Made by a program: the position numbers and the translations under genes
Notes under the pieces: generated by a model
What the model was told of the DNA's origin: nothing
The model's database searches: none
What the model saw: the letters and a program-made list of their open reading frames with translations, nothing else
Assembly (NCBI GenBank): GCA_024405065.1
Contig: JAKSPF010000001.1
Coordinates: 1-26,333 of the forward strand
Length of the DNA stretch: 26,333 nt
Direction of reading: 5' to 3'
Source of the DNA: Sphaerochaetaceae bacterium
Lineage (GTDB): Bacteria > Spirochaetota > Spirochaetia > Sphaerochaetales > Sphaerochaetaceae
Shown: in pieces, positions 23,929-26,333 of the stretch
How positions within the stretch are numbered: the stretch's first letter is position 1
Layout of the letters: each line of letters starts with the position of its first letter

Positions 23929-25251
23929 TTATTTCTTCACAATCCAAATTCCTCGGGTTCCGCCTTCTCTTTCAATAATGCCTTTTTCCTTCAAGGTCGC
24001 AAATGCACGTTCTACACTTCTTTGACCAACACCAAGTTGCTCGGATATTGTTTTAGCACTTATTTTATTATTTTCCAAAACCTTGGATATGACAAAATTC
24101 TCAAGTTCACTATTACCGCCAAGATTACCGCCAGAATTACCGCCAAGATTACCGCCAACTGCCATAACCTCTTCATTAAACGGAATGGTAACGTTAATGT
24201 AATTATCAGTAATTTTGAACGCTTCCTTCCCGTATTTACTCACAATGACAGGGATTCCATGACCGGTGTGTTCAGAGATATTCATCTGATTAAAAATCGT
24301 CATAAGCATATCATTTCTGGGACAACTGACTCCACTGAAGAACTGTTCCTCCGACTGTCCGCTCGGAAGCCCGCCGTGCGACAAGATTTCTATTCTGTTG
24401 CTGAATATGCAAAACAAGGGCTGAGAAACAGTCCAGTCGTTATGGATAATCGCATTGATTAATGCTTCATTGACTGCATTCATATCAAATAGATATTTAT
24501 CCACTCGGGGTCTTACACTCGTGTCTGTCTTGCATATGTTTTCGGAAACAAATCTGTTTCTGATTTTTTCATACGTAAAGAGCAGGCAGCCTCCGCCATA
24601 ATCGTTTCTGCTTGAAATGCAGGTTTTATCCTTTCCGTCAAACTTAACAACGATTATCGGAATCATATTGCTATCAGAAAGAAGCTCTGCCATCTTGTTA
24701 TAATGGCCATCCACAGTTCGCAACTTAAGGCTTTGTTCAAACGAATTGTCATTAAGATGATATCCTGCTGAAGTGTAGTAATTTTTAAGCGTGTTAAAAG
24801 AAAAGTTTCCTGCCATGCCAACAGAACTGATAATAAGGTCTCTGTTTGAAAGTCCCTGCATATATCTGCGCTGTATTTCCTCTGTACTCATGCTCTTGCA
24901 GGACGAACCGATTCTAAGATAGCACCCCGCTTGTGAAAAACCGTGCTTTTTTATGCAGTATAACGACTTTAAGCCCTTTTTAACATCAATTACAATAACA
25001 GTCTTATCTTCAATGAACTCAATTTTAGGTTCTACAAGCCCCGTGGGTACCGGTTCAATACTGTCCGTAATAATGTCAGAAATCTTTTTCAGATTTTCGT
25101 CAACCTTGGATACTCCTATAGGACTGCCGTCATCTTTTATTCCAATATAAATACTTCCGCCATCAGTATTAAGAAAAGCAACTATTTCCTTTGGAAGAGT
25201 CCCATTTAATTTTTCTTTAAACTCTATGGTCTCTGATTCAAATTTCTGCAT
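23929..25251 (-). CDS. Schlafen/AlbA_2 domain + HATPase_c_4 + C-terminal HTH protein
   Basis: ESETIEFKE, AFLNTDGGSIYIGIKDDG, NEALINAIIHNDW, RIEILSHGGL, C-terminal HTH and IIEREGGTRGIW. SD GAGGTG. Confidence 0.85.
   Translation of the reverse strand: MQKFESETIEFKEKLNGTLPKEIVAFLNTDGGSIYIGIKDDGSPIGVSKVDENLKKISDIITDSIEPVPTGLVEPKIEFIEDKTVIVIDVKKGLKSLYCIKKHGFSQAGCYLRIGSSCKSMSTEEIQRRYMQGLSNRDLIISSVGMAGNFSFNTLKNYYTSAGYHLNDNSFEQSLKLRTVDGHYNKMAELLSDSNMIPIIVVKFDGKDKTCISSRNDYGGGCLLFTYEKIRNRFVSENICKTDTSVRPRVDKYLFDMNAVNEALINAIIHNDWTVSQPLFCIFSNRIEILSHGGLPSGQSEEQFFSGVSCPRNDMLMTIFNQMNISEHTGHGIPVIVSKYGKEAFKITDNYINVTIPFNEEVMAVGGNLGGNSGGNLGGNSELENFVISKVLENNKISAKTISEQLGVGQRSVERAFATLKEKGIIEREGGTRGIWIVKK
24112..24156. 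repeat. Four in-frame 12-bp-period repeats (ATTACCGCC core) encoding GGNL-GGNS-GGNL-GGNS
   Basis: Cores at 24112, 24124, 24136 and 24148. Confidence 0.95.
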
Positions 25252-25269
25252 AGATCACACCTCAAAAAA

Positions 25270-25298
25270 ATTTTATGCTATTTCCGTCATATCTTCAA
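25270..25298 (-). promoter_or_regulatory. Putative sigma70 promoter TTGAAG-N17-TAAAAT for the AlbA_2 gene
   Basis: -35 at 25298-25293, -10 at 25275-25270. Confidence 0.55.
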
Positions 25299-25351
25299 CA
25301 TATTTCACCTGATATGCGCGGCAATATTATAGTAAACCTCAAATTTTTTGA

Positions 25352-25510
25352 ATGCATATCACCATGGTTTCTGCAATAACAAACGAAGGGCAAGTGCATT
25401 TCAAAATTTATAAAGAAGCCATGAATACGGAACTGATGAAAAATTCTATAGGTAAGATGAAGGAAGTTGCATGGAGCTGGTTTCAGCAAATAAAATTCTT
25501 CTCAATATGA
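25352..25510 (+). pseudogene. IS630-family transposase remnant (fragment of the DDE domain)
   Basis: Translation MHITMVSAITNEGQVHFKIYKEAMNTEL... resembles the IS630 segment NMISAITNxGxVxF(M/K)xYxxxMN. It is flanked by stops, and no inverted repeats were seen. Confidence 0.55.
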
Positions 25511-25520
25511 TTTTTTGTCA

Positions 25521-25549
25521 CTGACATTTTTCTGCTTGTGCTGTATTCT
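25521..25549 (+). promoter_or_regulatory. Putative promoter CTGACA-N17-TATTCT upstream of the small-ORF cluster, overlapping a TGTCA-C-TGACA palindrome (25516-25526)
   Basis: Read directly from the sequence. Confidence 0.45.
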
Positions 25550-25576
25550 AAATCATCAAGAATAGGAAGGTTGAAG

Positions 25577-25684
25577 ATGGCATTTTTACAATGAAGCGAG
25601 AATGTAGTTGCCGGAATTTTTAGCGGAATCATTGCAAACTACATTTACGACCGGATTAAACAACACAAGAACGATAGCTCTTGA
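25577..25684 (+). CDS. 35-aa small ORF MGIFTMKRECSCRNFSGIIANYIYDRIKQHKNDSS, possibly a decayed small membrane peptide
   Basis: AGGAAGG lies 6 nt upstream of the ATG. A hairpin overlaps the stop (25677-25702). Not in the ORF track. Confidence 0.3.
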
Positions 25685-25744
25685 GTGGGGGCTCGGAAGA
25701 GCCATACATCCGGAATATATCACATAACAATTTTGGAGGCAATT

Positions 25745-25846
25745 ATGAATTGGTTTATGGTGATTGGAATTTTTATTGGTGTTTTTGTTGGAACTTTCCT
25801 GTATAGGTGTTTTTATGACAAGAAAGAGAAACATACACACAACTGA
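25745..25846 (+). CDS. 33-aa single-TM peptide MNWFMVIGIFIGVFVGTFLYRCFYDKKEKHTHN
   Basis: GGAGG SD (25735-25739) 5 nt before the ATG. Hydrophobic helix with GxxxGxxxG and a charged tail. The next SD follows the stop directly. Confidence 0.65.
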   Translation: MNWFMVIGIFIGVFVGTFLYRCFYDKKEKHTHN

Positions 25847-25857
25847 AAGGAGCAATT

Positions 25858-26150
25858 ATGCCGAGAGGTGGTTTTAGAGAAGGTGCTGGCAGACCGAAGG
25901 GAACATGTAAGCCAGAGTCAGAAAAGGGACGGAAGACTGTTTACAAGGTGCCGGGCGGAAAGCCGGTTGGTCTGAAAGAGGTGAGAAAGGCGGGAGACCG
26001 AAAGGATCTACAAAAGACGGAACCGGGAGGAAGACTGTTTACAAGAACTTCACGGTTTGCTGTTTGCCGGAAGAGTACGAGGTTTTGAAACAGAAGGCTT
26101 TGGAAAGCGGAAAAACAATAAGCCGGTTCTTAATTGATTTGGTTAAATAA
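25858..26150 (+). pseudogene. Small DNA-binding protein (RGGxRxGAGRP N-terminus + ribbon-helix-helix-like C-terminus) split across two frames by a 98-bp internal duplication
   Basis: SD AAAGGAG. The ATG frame gives MPRGGFREGAGRPKG...GRKTVYK. The -1 frame gives ...GRKTVYKNFTVCCLPEEYEVLKQKALESGKTISRFLIDLVK* (stop at 26150). Confidence 0.65.
25931..26045. repeat. 17-bp direct repeat GGAAGACTGTTTACAAG at 25931-25947 and 26029-26045
   Basis: Exact match with a 98-bp offset. Confidence 0.95.
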
Positions 26151-26206
26151 TTGGAGCTGTAACAAAAAAAACCGTTTTTTCTGACAGAGGGTTACAGCCT
26201 CTTTTA

Positions 26207-26333
26207 TTATTGTCGGATAAACTTTGAGACACGGCTTCATCTTCCTGCAGATCAAATAGTTGCGGAGTGACCTTATTCTTGGATAAACTTTGAGGGAATT
26301 TTTGGCACGTTCCGGGCTGAAAAAGTTGCGGAG
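26207..26333. CRISPR. Edge of a probable CRISPR array: 36-nt repeat GTTGCGGAGTGACCTTATTCTTGGATAAACTTTGAG with 30-nt spacers, truncated by the window end
   Basis: Partial repeat 26207-26228 (20/22 match to the 3' end), spacer 26229-26258, full repeat 26259-26294, spacer 26295-26324, third repeat start GTTGCGGAG 26325-26333. Period is 66 nt and the two spacers are unrelated. Only one complete repeat is visible. Confidence 0.72.

Noticed and set aside
23869-24462. 197-aa plus-strand ORF with ITAK/ITAR repeats
   Set aside because: Antisense shadow of the AlbA_2 gene. The repeats mirror its 12-bp tandem repeat.
18-25489. The many 60-190 aa ORFs overlapping long genes on other frames or strands
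   Set aside because: No motifs or ribosome-binding sites. Consistent with shadow ORFs, and the duplicated ones only reflect the 637-bp repeat.
25586-25855. 89-aa minus-strand ORF
   Set aside because: No SD or recognisable motif. It lies antisense to plus-strand small ORFs that have SDs.

Overview
Gene-dense bacterial chromosomal window. A spirochaete-like diderm host is inferred from gene content only. Housekeeping genes include the 3' part of proS, a threonine dehydratase, a rhomboid protease, rlmE, htpG, hpt, a ThrRS-N/uridine-kinase fusion and a lipoprotein carboxylesterase. There are three accessory blocks. (1) 967-3977: an AAA+DUF4143 ATPase with a tandem-repeat promoter, and an adenylate-forming ligase. 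(2) 5315-11939, the strongest candidate for an undescribed system: a three-gene minus-strand operon encoding a TagF-family CDP-glycerol glycerophosphotransferase with an N-terminal YIDPGTGS+TM segment, followed by two ~900-aa proteins that fuse a YidC/Oxa1 insertase core to an LtaS/alkaline-phosphatase-superfamily phosphotransferase domain. The two YidC modules are identical over 637 bp while the rest has diverged, the conserved YidC Arg is replaced by Gln, and one copy carries an in-frame G9 tract. (3) 23929-26333: a Schlafen/AlbA_2-HATPase gene, an IS630-like remnant, small ORFs not in the ORF track (including a 33-aa glycine-zipper membrane peptide), a ribbon-helix-helix gene split by a 98-bp duplication, and the edge of a probable CRISPR array (36-nt repeat, 30-nt spacers) cut by the window end. 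Several genes appear to be leaderless. All family assignments come from motif recognition by eye; no searches were run.
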